Below, one piece after another: positions 55,527 to 64,000 of a stretch of DNA of 64,000 nt (the stretch's first letter is position 1; every line of letters starts with the position of its first letter). Source of the DNA: Candidatus Moraniibacteriota bacterium. Its GTDB lineage: Bacteria > Patescibacteriota > Minisyncoccia > Moranbacterales > UBA2206. Both the position numbers and the translations under genes were made by a program. A model generated the notes under the pieces. The model was not told the origin of the DNA. It searched no databases and worked only from the letters and a program-made list of their open reading frames with translations. The stretch covers positions 609 to 64,608 of the forward strand of contig JBAQUL010000015.1 of assembly GCA_049297495.1 (NCBI GenBank). Reading direction: 5' to 3'.

Positions 55527-56619
55527 ATGCAAAATTTTTCTCAAAAACTTGAAGAGTTAAAAATTAAGCTCCCGAATCTTCGGGACTGTCTTTGACTTGG
55601 CGCAGAAAAAGCAGAAAGTGCTTGAACTTGAAGATCAGTCTCAGTCGGCTGATTTTTGGAGTGACAATCAAAAAGCTTCCGTGGTGATGCGGGAATTGGA
55701 AGAGTTGAAACTGGAGGTGAAAACCTTTGAAAATTTAGAAAGAGAACTGGACGAATTGGTGGAATTTTCTGGGATGGTGGAGACGGCAGAAGATGAAAAG
55801 GAATTGGAGGAAAAAATAGCCGGAGCGGACCGAAGAATCGATGAGTTAGAATTTAAAACTTTGCTTGACGGCGAATATGACCACAATGATGCCATTCTCA
55901 ATATTTATTCCGGTGCCGGAGGTGTGGACGCGCAAGATTGGTCAGAGATGCTTTTGCGGATGTATCTGAAATGGGGGGAGAAAAATGGGTTTAAAACGAA
56001 ATTGGTTGACGAAACGCGTGGACAAGAGGCGGGGATAAAGAGTGCGACACTGGAAGTGACTGGCGCTTATGCTTATGGCTATCTCAAGAGTGAAATGGGC
56101 ACTCATCGTCTAGTGCGCTTGTCACCATTTAATTCGGACAATCTGCGTCAAACATCTTTTGCGGTCGTCGAGATCTTGCCCATTATCGGAGAAATAAAAG
56201 AAGTAAAAATCAATCCGGAAGATTTACGAGTGGACGTTTATCGTTCTTCGGGGGCGGGTGGGCAAAGCGTCAACACGACTGATAGTGCAGTGCGGATTAC
56301 GCACATTCCGACGGGAACAGTCGCTGCTTGTCAGAATGAAAGGAGTCAATTGCAAAATAAAGAGCAGGCAATGCGGATTTTGAAAGCCAAGTTGCACAAA
56401 AAATATCTTGAAAAAGTTGAGGCAGAAAAAAGAAAGTTGCGCGGAGAGCAGTCAAGTGCGGAGTGGGGCAGTCAGATTCGCTCCTACGTCGTTCATCCCT
56501 ATAAACTAGTCAAAGATCATAGGACGAAATGGGAAACAGCGCAGGTTGATGAAGTTCTCTCGGGTGATTTGAAGGCGGTCATGGAAAGCTATTTGAAATA
56601 TTCTAAAAGTAGTGTATAA
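55527..56619 (+). CDS. prfB: Peptide chain release factor 2 with a programmed +1 ribosomal frameshift
   Basis: The 0-frame ORF is ATG 55527 ... CTT TGA C (TGA at 55593-55595). The +1 frame continues through the SPF motif (RLSPFNSDN) and the GGQ motif (SGAGGQSVNT). This is the canonical RF2 autoregulatory site. Confidence 0.85.
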
Positions 56620-56658
56620 TAATAGTGTATTTGAAAATAATAATAAACAGAAATAATA

Positions 56659-57342
56659 ATGATTAAGTTTGATAAGGTTTCGAAAATATATAAAGATGAC
56701 TATATCGCCCTAGATAATATAAATCTTGAGGTTAAGGCGGGCGAATTCGTTTCAATTGTTGGAACAAGTGGTGCTGGAAAATCCACTATTCTAAAATTAA
56801 TTTATGCCGAAGAGGCTCCAACCGATGGCAGGGTGTTTTTTGCTGAAAAACCGCTTGATAGTATTAGTAGGAGACATATCTCCCGCCACAGAAGGAATAT
56901 TGGCACTGTTTTTCAGGATTTTAAATTATTAAACAAGAAGACGGCATTTGAAAATGTAGCTTATGCTTTGGAAGTTTGCGGTGTTTCTCGTGAAGAAATT
57001 CTTGAAGATGTGCCTCAAATTTTGGAAATTGTTGGCTTGAAAGATCGGCAAAACAAATTCCCTCATGAGCTTTCGGGCGGTGAGCAACAGCGCGTAGCAA
57101 TGGCGAGAGCTCTGATTCATAAGCCATTAGTGATTATTGCTGACGAGCCAACTGGCAATCTTGATCCCGTGTCTTCCTTGGAAATAATGCAATTACTATT
57201 GAAAATAAATAAATTAGGTACCACAGTTGTACTTGCTAGTCATGACAGGGATATTATCAATAAAGCGGCAAAAAGAGTTATTGTGCTAGAAAAAGGACGG
57301 ATTATTTGTGATGAGGAAAAAGGCAAATATAAAATTTGCTAA
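56659..57342 (+). CDS. ftsE: Cell-division ATP-binding protein FtsE
   Basis: It has the Walker A motif GTSGAGKST, the ABC signature LSGGEQQRVAMARAL and the typical 227-aa size. It is followed by ftsX. Confidence 0.85.
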   Translation: MIKFDKVSKIYKDDYIALDNINLEVKAGEFVSIVGTSGAGKSTILKLIYAEEAPTDGRVFFAEKPLDSISRRHISRHRRNIGTVFQDFKLLNKKTAFENVAYALEVCGVSREEILEDVPQILEIVGLKDRQNKFPHELSGGEQQRVAMARALIHKPLVIIADEPTGNLDPVSSLEIMQLLLKINKLGTTVVLASHDRDIINKAAKRVIVLEKGRIICDEEKGKYKIC

Positions 57343-57378
57343 CAAAACGTAAAATATTTGATTATAAAATAAAAAACT

Positions 57379-58287
57379 ATGTTTTTAACTATTGGCAGAA
57401 CAATCAAGGGTGGGTGGAATAATTTTTTTCGTAATGGATATCTGAGTGTTGCAGCAGTTAGTGTGATGCTCCTTTGTTTGTTCACTATGAGTTCATTATA
57501 TTTAATTGTACTCACAGCAGACAGTGTCCTTTCTGGTATGCAAGGAAACGTTAATGTTAGTGTATATTTCAAAGCTAGTGTTTCCGAAGAGTCTATCATG
57601 AATGCGAAGAAGGATTTGGAAAATTACAGTGAAATTAAGACCGTAGACTATATCACCAAGGAAAAAGCTCTGGAAATTTTCAAAAAAAATAGCGCATCAA
57701 AGCCAGTTATCTTGCAATCCTTGGAGGAAATTGGGGAAAACCCATTGCTATCCTACTTGGTTATCCAGGCAAATGATCCAAATCAATATGATATGGTGGG
57801 AGAATATTTGAAAAACGCTTCATTTAAGGATGATATTAGTTGGGTGAATTATAGGGATAACAAAGATCGAATTGATCGATTGAATAAAACAATTTCAGAA
57901 GTGCGCAGAATTGGTCTGGGGGTCGCTGGTCTTTTCTCAATTATTTCACTTCTTATTATTTCCAATACAGTTAGAATCACGATTTACACCCATCGCAAAG
58001 AAGTGGAGGTGATGCGCTTAGTTGGTGCATCTAATACCTATATCCGCCTACCTTTTATTTTCGAAGGAATTATCTATGGACTTGTCGCTTCTGTTTTTTC
58101 AATGCTCTTTCTCTATGTCGCCTTGAGATTGTCTGAACAGTTCACTTTGCGCCTCATCCCAACTGTCAATGTGGTTTCGCTCTATCTATCCAATTTTGTC
58201 ATAATTTTCGGCATGCAAATTCTCGCAGGGGCTTTCTTGGGAACGCTGAGTAGCTGGTTTGCTATCAGAAAATACTTGAAAATATAA
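57379..58287 (+). CDS. ftsX: Cell-division permease-like protein FtsX
   Basis: It has an N-terminal transmembrane helix, an extracytoplasmic loop and three C-terminal transmembrane helices (FtsX topology). It lies immediately downstream of ftsE. Confidence 0.8.
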   Translation: MFLTIGRTIKGGWNNFFRNGYLSVAAVSVMLLCLFTMSSLYLIVLTADSVLSGMQGNVNVSVYFKASVSEESIMNAKKDLENYSEIKTVDYITKEKALEIFKKNSASKPVILQSLEEIGENPLLSYLVIQANDPNQYDMVGEYLKNASFKDDISWVNYRDNKDRIDRLNKTISEVRRIGLGVAGLFSIISLLIISNTVRITIYTHRKEVEVMRLVGASNTYIRLPFIFEGIIYGLVASVFSMLFLYVALRLSEQFTLRLIPTVNVVSLYLSNFVIIFGMQILAGAFLGTLSSWFAIRKYLKI

Positions 58288-58380
58288 TGCTTGACAAAAC
58301 CTAAAAAAAGCTACCAGGGGAATTTCCGGGTGGCTTTTTGCTTTTTGACGAGAAATGGGAAAAAGGGTAAAATAGAAGAA

Positions 58381-58560
58381 CTCTTAGCCTCCTCGCCCTC
58401 CGGGAGAGGATGTCACGAGCACGTGACAGGTGAGGGCTTTCCCTGATGCAAAAAAGCTATCAATTAAATCAAAAGCGCTTGAATTATTGCGAGCACCCTC
58501 ATCCGCCCTTCGGGCACCCTGCCTACCGGCAGGCAGGCTTCTCCCGAAGGGAGAAGGGAT
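58381..58560 (+). promoter_or_regulatory. GC-rich hairpin-rich 5' leader (element B), a candidate cis-regulatory RNA upstream of the nucleotide-kinase gene
   Basis: Its hairpins are CCTCCGGGAGAGG, TGTCACGAGCACGTGACA, GCCCTTCGGGC and CTTCTCCCGAAGGGAGAAG. The last ends 4 nt before the ATG and overlaps the GGGA ribosome-binding region. It shares CCGGCAGGCAGG with the element at 25268. Confidence 0.4.
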
Positions 58561-59136
58561 ATGAATAATAATTTCAAAAAAACTATGAAAATCATTTTGG
58601 GAATAGCGGGTGAGATTGGCAGCGGCAAGGGAATGATTGCGCGTCATATCGAAGAGAAATATAAGGGAAGCTATCACCAGTTTTCAACGGCACTTCGTGA
58701 TGTGGCGCGTCGGATGCACTTGGAAGAAAGCCGTGAAAATTTGCAAAAGATCTCCTCTGTTTTTCGACAAAATTTCAACGACGATATTCTATCAATGGTC
58801 GTTTGCAAGGATGTTGAGATGGATACTCATCAGATCGTGGCGATTGATGGTGTGCGTCGAATGGCAGATATCAAATGTCTGAAAAATTTGGAGGGCTTTA
58901 AACTTGTCTATGTTGAAGCAAATATTGACATTCGTTATCACCGGATTATAGATCGGAGGGAAAATACTGATGACGCGCACAAGCCGTATTCGGAGTTTGT
59001 GGCTGATCATCAAAGAGAGGCGGAGTCACAGATTACTGATCTCAAAAATTATGCCGATTTCGTGGTTAATAATGAAGGCACATTTTTGGAGTTGTATCAT
59101 CAAATTGATCAAATCATTAGCGGATTAAATAAATAA
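58561..59136 (+). CDS. P-loop nucleoside/nucleotide kinase (putative deoxynucleoside-monophosphate or dephospho-CoA-kinase-like)
   Basis: It has the P-loop GIAGEIGSGKG and a 191-aa kinase-sized fold. The deoxynucleotide-metabolism gene context suggests a dNMP kinase. Confidence 0.5.
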   Translation: MNNNFKKTMKIILGIAGEIGSGKGMIARHIEEKYKGSYHQFSTALRDVARRMHLEESRENLQKISSVFRQNFNDDILSMVVCKDVEMDTHQIVAIDGVRRMADIKCLKNLEGFKLVYVEANIDIRYHRIIDRRENTDDAHKPYSEFVADHQREAESQITDLKNYADFVVNNEGTFLELYHQIDQIISGLNK

Positions 59137-59157
59137 TTTTTCTGGTGGTATAAAAAT

Positions 59158-60135
59158 ATGACAAACAAAGAAGTTGGAGATAAAACAAAAGGAGATATCG
59201 ATTACATTCCCTTTAGTGAGAGAATTCCTGATTTTCAATATCAAGAATTGCTTAAAAAAATTAAAACGACAGGAAAAGATAAGGTGCCTATTCATGTCAG
59301 ACTTGCTGAGAATGCCAACTCTGGCCATCAGAACTCAAAAGAAATAACCGGGGCTATGTTGCAATTTGAAATGAATAATGGTTTTCCTGTTCTCACTGAG
59401 CGTGATTTGTCCAAATCATTCTATGGAGCAATAGGCGAATTAGTAGCATTTTTGAACGGGCAAAGCACATTGAGTGGCCTGAAAGAATATGGCTGTCCAG
59501 AAGTTTTTTGGAAGGATTGGGTTACGAAGGAAAAATGTGCAATATTTGGCTTACCTGAAGGTGATTTGGGTGATGGATCCTATGGAGCCTCCTTGGGGCA
59601 TTTTCAATCCGCAACAGGAGAGTTTGACCAAGTTAGCGCTGTTCAAAGGCAAATGGAGAAAAGGCCTTTTCTGCGAACTCATGTGATGACTACATGGAAT
59701 CCACCCTTGTCACTGGGAGATAAGGAGCAGGGTTTCAGGCGCAAAGTCGTTGTCGCTCCTTGCCATGGCAACTTTATCCATTTTGTGCTTTTTGATGCGC
59801 AAAAAGAGCTAGAAATGACCCACACTCAGCGATCAGCTGATGTTCCAGTGGGCTTGCAGCTTAATCTGATTGAATGGTCTGCTCTTGGCTTGATGGTGGC
59901 ACATCTATTGGGTTACAAATTCACTAAGTATACCCACTTTCTGTCCAATCCTCATTATTATGATGTTCAGGCTCAGTCCGTGGATAAGCTTTTGGCCATT
60001 GAGCCAAAATCTTTTCCAACTGTAACACTAAAGCCAAACAGAGAAGTGACGAGACTTCAAGATTTCCGCAAAGAGGACTTTATGCTTGAAGATTATAAGC
60101 CTGAACCTTGGTTTAAGATTCCAACGCCGGTATAG
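59158..60135 (+). CDS. thyA: Thymidylate synthase (ThyA family; longer than usual, with insertions)
   Basis: It aligns to ThyA blocks: GFPVLTER...GELVAFLNG, VFWKDW, TWNP, VVVAPCHGNF (catalytic Cys), and RSADVPVGLQLN (the Asn specificity residue is conserved). Confidence 0.7.
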   Translation: MTNKEVGDKTKGDIDYIPFSERIPDFQYQELLKKIKTTGKDKVPIHVRLAENANSGHQNSKEITGAMLQFEMNNGFPVLTERDLSKSFYGAIGELVAFLNGQSTLSGLKEYGCPEVFWKDWVTKEKCAIFGLPEGDLGDGSYGASLGHFQSATGEFDQVSAVQRQMEKRPFLRTHVMTTWNPPLSLGDKEQGFRRKVVVAPCHGNFIHFVLFDAQKELEMTHTQRSADVPVGLQLNLIEWSALGLMVAHLLGYKFTKYTHFLSNPHYYDVQAQSVDKLLAIEPKSFPTVTLKPNREVTRLQDFRKEDFMLEDYKPEPWFKIPTPV

Positions 60136-60161
60136 ATAATATAATTTACAATATTAGGAAT

Positions 60162-60602
60162 ATGAATAACAGTGGATTAGATTTGAAAAATGCTCGTAAG
60201 GAGGAACAAATTGCGGTGATGAAAAAAATCATAGCCGATGGAGTTTGTCCTTTTTGTCATGATTTTGTTGAAAAGAAAAAACCAGCCTATCACTCTAATC
60301 CTGTCTTAGTTGAAACTGATTTTTGGGTGGTGACAAGAAATGCTTGGCCGTATGGACACACAAAAGAACATTTAATTCTTGTGATTAAGCGTCATATCTT
60401 AAATCCCGAAGAAATGAAAGAGGAGGAAATCTTAGATTTATGGAACATCATCAGAGAGGTCAAGCAAAAGCTTGGGATAACCCACAGCACTTTGTTGATG
60501 CGCTCAGATACTACTGGCAAGACAGGTGCAACTGTTCAGCATTTACATGCCCAATTGGTGGTTGCTAGTGGTGATGAGCCGGTTATTACAAGAATCGGTT
60601 GA
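60162..60602 (+). CDS. HIT-superfamily (histidine triad) nucleotide hydrolase/transferase with a CPFC zinc motif
   Basis: It has CPFC near the N-terminus and the HIT motif VQHLHAQLVV. Confidence 0.55.
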   Translation: MNNSGLDLKNARKEEQIAVMKKIIADGVCPFCHDFVEKKKPAYHSNPVLVETDFWVVTRNAWPYGHTKEHLILVIKRHILNPEEMKEEEILDLWNIIREVKQKLGITHSTLLMRSDTTGKTGATVQHLHAQLVVASGDEPVITRIG

Positions 60603-60680
60603 GAAATTAAAGATAATGAATAAAAAATTGTACGGCAAAAGTTTGCCCAAGGTGTTTGAAAGTCTCATATAAAAAACTAA

Positions 60681-60712
60681 CCCGGCAGCCAAGAATCGGC
60701 TGCCGGGTTTTT
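60681..60712. terminator. Bidirectional Rho-independent terminator
   Basis: The stem CCCGGCAGCC pairs with GGCTGCCGGG and is followed by TTTTT, with an A-run upstream. It lies between convergent genes. Confidence 0.7.
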
Positions 60713-60723
60713 GTGTAATGAGA

Positions 60724-61506
60724 TCATTTGATCTCGAATGGGCCATCGGCAATGACGATGCCCGTTTCGTTGCTGGTCAGGGCCTCCCAATATCGAGGAT
60801 TTTTCCTTCCCGAAGATAGGCGCACAATCTCTGGCATGGAAATTGCCAGCAAATCTGCCTCGTTGGGCCGACTGAATCTGCTTTCCCAACGCTGAGAGCG
60901 ATTGAGGTATACGCCATTGCTATCAAATACTATGAAGCCTTTGCGTACTCCAGTGAGATTGCCTATTCGCACTCTTTCGAATAGTGCTACCATTTTTTGG
61001 CACCACTCAATTACTTCTCGAGATTTGGCAAAATAGGCCACGAGCTGACCAACCGGAAAGCCGTCATCGTCGAGTCGTACCACCTGCATGTGCGCATGAA
61101 TATGCGTTATGCTGCCAGCGGTGCGTGCGATGTTTCCACAGCGCATCACAAATCCATAGCCGTCAATATTATATTTCTTAGCTATCAATCTGCAAGCTTT
61201 GTGGAGATCCGCCCAATCTTTATCGCTCAACGAATCTTGGTCTACAACATGCTTAACATAAATAAAGACGAAGTGATACTCGCTATTTATGTAAGGCATG
61301 TCATTCGGCTTGGCAATCCAATTGCCGACCCGAAGGATTTCCGGGTATCTCCAGGTTTTGGGGCGACAGAATGGGCAATAGCCTTCCGTCAGGTCTTTGC
61401 GCATCTTGATGTATTGGTAATATGTGCGCGTATTACCCAGTACCCCAAGAATGGTGGGATTTTCCAGATCAACCCCACTAATTTCTTCACTAGGTGTTGC
61501 TGTCAT
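60724..61506 (-). CDS. HIT-like / GalT-like nucleotidyltransferase-family protein with a CPFC motif
   Basis: It has a CPFCRPK zinc motif and the HIT-like ITHIHAHMQVV. It is 260 aa. Confidence 0.5.
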   Translation of the reverse strand: MTATPSEEISGVDLENPTILGVLGNTRTYYQYIKMRKDLTEGYCPFCRPKTWRYPEILRVGNWIAKPNDMPYINSEYHFVFIYVKHVVDQDSLSDKDWADLHKACRLIAKKYNIDGYGFVMRCGNIARTAGSITHIHAHMQVVRLDDDGFPVGQLVAYFAKSREVIEWCQKMVALFERVRIGNLTGVRKGFIVFDSNGVYLNRSQRWESRFSRPNEADLLAISMPEIVRLSSGRKNPRYWEALTSNETGIVIADGPFEIK

Positions 61507-61734
61507 CGTCTTATCCTTTCAGCACATTTATGTACTTTTGCGGTTTGTAGCGCAAATAAATTTTATATTCAGTTTTTAAAGATTGATTATGTATTACAGC
61601 ACTTTCAGCTTAAAAAAGCAAGTCGTGATTAAAGAAGCCTGCTTGGAACCTTATCAAGCAGGCTTCTGATATTAATTTATCGCGTAGATATTCATTATGT
61701 AGTAGAAGTTCCAGGAGGAATTTTGAGGAGCGCT

Positions 61735-62583
61735 TTACTTGACCAAAATAAGCTCAACTCCGGCATTCTTGAGAATATCTTGGGCATCAGAAAGAGAATA
61801 TCCACTTTGATAATAAACTTTTTTTATGCCAGCTTCTGCCACTAATTTAGCACAAGTTGGGCAAGGAAAGGTCGTGACGTATAAATTGGTATTGTTAAGA
61901 CTAATTCCATCCTTAGCAGCTTTTCCGATCAGCGATGCCTCCGCGTGGATGGAGTTTGACAGATGATGATTTTCACCAGCATCAAAGCACATTCTCAAAT
62001 CCCCATAGACTGCCATATTTTCTTGGGTGGGAACATGACGATTAAACGCTGAAAGTATTATTGAGCCTTTTTTGTCTGTGATCAAGGCGCCAATTTGTCT
62101 CCACCAATTAGCACTTTTTTCTTTCAATTCGGTAGCTTTTTTAATAAGTTCCTGATGAGTTTTCTCCCGCGTAATTATTCTGTCACTAGCAACCTCCAAT
62201 TCTTGAGTTGAGACTGGCCTATTCCAGCGCAAGAAGACATTTTCAAATTCAACCTTTTTGTTGGGAAGAAATTTTTCTGCAAACCAATGGGACACATCCT
62301 CGTCTGGCATGATAATAGAAATATCTTCCGCTCCCGTTAGATTTTTTAAATTATCCAAGGTCAACAAATCAACCTTCTTTAGAATGTCTGATTTTTTGAT
62401 GAATTTGCAAATAGTCTCCTGATCAATAGTTCGCAAATCTCTTTTTAAGCTTCCAAATTTATCCCATTTCTCCAGAATAGTGTTGCTTAAAATATAAAGT
62501 TGGTCTGGATATTTCTTGAATAACTCCAGATATTTAATATGGACAACAGGGACTAGGGCGATTAAAATCTTTTTTTTAATCAT
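61735..62583 (-). CDS. Deoxycytidylate (dCMP) deaminase with an N-terminal extension
   Basis: It has the zinc-deaminase motifs HAEASLI and TFPCPTCAKL. The extra N-terminal domain is about 130 aa. Confidence 0.65.
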   Translation of the reverse strand: MIKKKILIALVPVVHIKYLELFKKYPDQLYILSNTILEKWDKFGSLKRDLRTIDQETICKFIKKSDILKKVDLLTLDNLKNLTGAEDISIIMPDEDVSHWFAEKFLPNKKVEFENVFLRWNRPVSTQELEVASDRIITREKTHQELIKKATELKEKSANWWRQIGALITDKKGSIILSAFNRHVPTQENMAVYGDLRMCFDAGENHHLSNSIHAEASLIGKAAKDGISLNNTNLYVTTFPCPTCAKLVAEAGIKKVYYQSGYSLSDAQDILKNAGVELILVK

Positions 62584-62599
62584 CTTTGTGGTGTAAGGT

Positions 62600-63187
62600 T
62601 TATAGTTTATTGCCGCACAAGAAGCTTTCTATTGATTTTTGTAATTCTTTTGCAAGATCCTCGGCACCTTTGATAGTTAGCAATCGAATTCGTGCGGTGG
62701 TGGAGGTTGTGGATTGTGGCTTTAAACCAACGACGTCTCCGCAATGCTTTCCAAACTTTTTCTTTACTCGAGAGATAAAATCTGCTCCAGCAACTTTTGA
62801 CTTAGTTGTTGTAGAAATAACCAAAATATCAGGTTTAACTATTTTAATCAGTGCCTCATTATTTGTTTTTGATTCTTTCATGACAATCAAATCAACATGT
62901 TTTAAGTGGGAGATCATTTTAACCCTCTCTTTTTCAGGAACTATCGGACGATTAGGACCCTTGCGATACTTTACCACTTCATCAGTATCAACAGCAACTA
63001 TTAATACGTCGCCTAATTTTCGAGCCTTTTGAAGGTATTGAGCATGTCCTTCATGAATGAGATCCCACACTCCTTGTGTTAGTACAACTTTGTAATTATT
63101 TTTTTTAAGAAGGCGTACGATCTTGCCTATATCTTTTGTGGGAACAAGTTTCCCGCTTCCCAAGAGGCTCGATATTTCAATATCCAT
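62600..63187 (-). CDS. Cytidylyl/adenylyltransferase of the HxGH nucleotidyltransferase superfamily (TagD/RfaE-domain-II-like)
   Basis: It has GVWDLIHEGHAQYL (the HxGH motif) and a 195-aa Rossmann-like fold. Confidence 0.6.
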   Translation of the reverse strand: MDIEISSLLGSGKLVPTKDIGKIVRLLKKNNYKVVLTQGVWDLIHEGHAQYLQKARKLGDVLIVAVDTDEVVKYRKGPNRPIVPEKERVKMISHLKHVDLIVMKESKTNNEALIKIVKPDILVISTTTKSKVAGADFISRVKKKFGKHCGDVVGLKPQSTTSTTARIRLLTIKGAEDLAKELQKSIESFLCGNKL

Positions 63188-63233
63188 AGAGGCTTATCAT
63201 TAATATTTAATAATTTTACTGACTAGTTTAAAT

Positions 63234-63866
63234 ATGCTAGTATATGGATTATACATAATCTTTAATTTGAATGCAATGCAAAAAGATATCGATTTTCTGT
63301 ATGAGGTTGGGCGAATGAGATTTATGCAAAGGGCTTGGCAGCGGTTCTTTTTGACCAAAGTGGCCAATGACACGGAACACACCTTTCGGGTAATGTGGCT
63401 GGCCCTGCTTATTGCCAATAAAGAAAAGAAGGGTAATCAGGAGCGGATAATGAAGCTGGCACTCGCGCACGATATTTCTGAAAGTCGGTCGATGGACGTG
63501 GACTATATGTCGCGACAATATGTCAAAAGAAATGAAGAGCAGGCAGTGCATGACACGCTCAGTGGCACTACCTTTGAAAAAGAATTTATGGAATTGTCCA
63601 AGGAGATGGAAAAGAGAGAAACGATTGAAGCGAAAATTGTCAAAGACGCTGATAATCTGGACATTGATCTGGAGCTGATGGAACAAAGAGGGGCGAACGA
63701 AGAACTTTTTCAATCAAAAACAAAAGGGCGAAAAAAGGTGATTCCTCCCAAGCTATTCACAGCAACCGCCAAGAAAATGTTTAAGGAAATTTATTTGAGT
63801 GATGTAAATAGTTGGCATGCAAATTCGCAGCAGAATCGCTATAGAACAAGTGATTGGCATAAATAA
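63234..63866 (+). CDS. HD-domain phosphohydrolase (YfbR-like 5'-deoxynucleotidase candidate)
   Basis: It has the H...HD motif (LALAHDISE). The likely ATG start is internal, at about 63276. Confidence 0.55.
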   Translation: MLVYGLYIIFNLNAMQKDIDFLYEVGRMRFMQRAWQRFFLTKVANDTEHTFRVMWLALLIANKEKKGNQERIMKLALAHDISESRSMDVDYMSRQYVKRNEEQAVHDTLSGTTFEKEFMELSKEMEKRETIEAKIVKDADNLDIDLELMEQRGANEELFQSKTKGRKKVIPPKLFTATAKKMFKEIYLSDVNSWHANSQQNRYRTSDWHK

Positions 63867-63890
63867 TAAATTTAAAGTAAGTCATAATTT

Positions 63891-64000
63891 ATGAAAGTAA
63901 TAATGATGATGGCGATGACCTTGGACGGCAAAATTGCTAAATCCAGTGATCATTTTCCTGATTGGACTTCAAAAGAAGATAAAAAACTTTTTGCCAAAAC
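63891..64000 (+). CDS. Dihydrofolate reductase family protein (RibD-C/DHFR-like), 5' part only; it runs off the window end
   Basis: The N-terminus is MKVIMMMAMTLDGKIA, typical of the family. Confidence 0.5.
   Translation, partial: MKVIMMMAMTLDGKIAKSSDHFPDWTSKEDKKLFAK

Noticed and set aside
1-64000. Search for a CRISPR array, insertion sequence or transposase, integrase, or rRNA genes.
   Set aside because: There are no spaced direct repeats of 25-40 bp, no transposase or integrase motifs, and no rRNA-like conserved stretches anywhere in the window. The only mobile-like signals are the palindromic intergenic elements and the GC-rich hairpin elements described above.

Overview
This is a low-GC (roughly 35-40%) bacterial chromosomal window that uses the standard genetic code: TGA serves as a stop codon, and a release factor 2 gene with the classic CTT-TGA-C +1 frameshift site is present. 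The gene content is consistent with a small-genome CPR/Patescibacteria-like organism, but I cannot confirm taxonomy from the sequence alone. The housekeeping genes (rpmF, nusB, rnc, ftsA-like, prfB, ftsE, ftsX) are mostly unlinked, and many native genes lack obvious Shine-Dalgarno sequences.

Main blocks in the window:
- 0.5-2.5 kb: rpmF-nusB-rnc, separated by an unusual family of palindromic intergenic elements.
- 3.1-37.5 kb: a roughly 34-kb cell-surface glycan locus. It contains UDP-glucuronate decarboxylase and UDP-glucose 4-epimerase, a UDP-glucose 6-dehydrogenase, about ten family-2 (GT2) and family-4 (GT4) glycosyltransferases, two methyltransferases, a B12-binding radical SAM protein, a GT2::carbamoyltransferase fusion, a GtrB-like polyprenyl-phosphate glycosyltransferase, a flippase-like membrane protein, two giant polytopic membrane proteins, and secreted lipase-like and polysaccharide lyase family 7 (PL7) proteins. 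It is interrupted by apparent insertions: an AAA ATPase (DUF4143) plus winged helix-turn-helix pair, and a RhuM-family protein plus an ATP-grasp protein.
- about 38.9-44.9 kb: a compositionally distinct, higher-GC island whose genes carry strong Shine-Dalgarno sequences. It encodes hypothetical proteins, a zinc-ribbon/HAD/NUDIX operon, and two convergent bidirectional terminators.
- 44.9-50.0 kb, minus strand: an operon of nucleotide-sugar dehydrogenase, then a processive GT2 synthase fused to LysM and a right-handed beta-helix domain, then a BNR-repeat protein. This looks like a self-contained synthase-dependent exopolysaccharide module.
- 50.2-58.3 kb: FtsA-like ATPase, tRNA-Thr(CGU), a reverse rubrerythrin, a ZIP transporter, prfB and ftsEX.
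- 58.6-64.0 kb: a dTMP/deoxynucleotide salvage cluster (nucleotide kinase, ThyA-like, two HIT-like proteins with a CPFC motif, dCMP deaminase, cytidylyltransferase, HD nucleotidase, partial DHFR).

The most interesting non-genic signals are two repeat families. The first is a MITE-like family of palindromic elements with co-varying ends. The second is a set of GC-rich hairpin elements that share the motif CCGGCAGGCAGG, one of them inserted in-frame inside a coding sequence.
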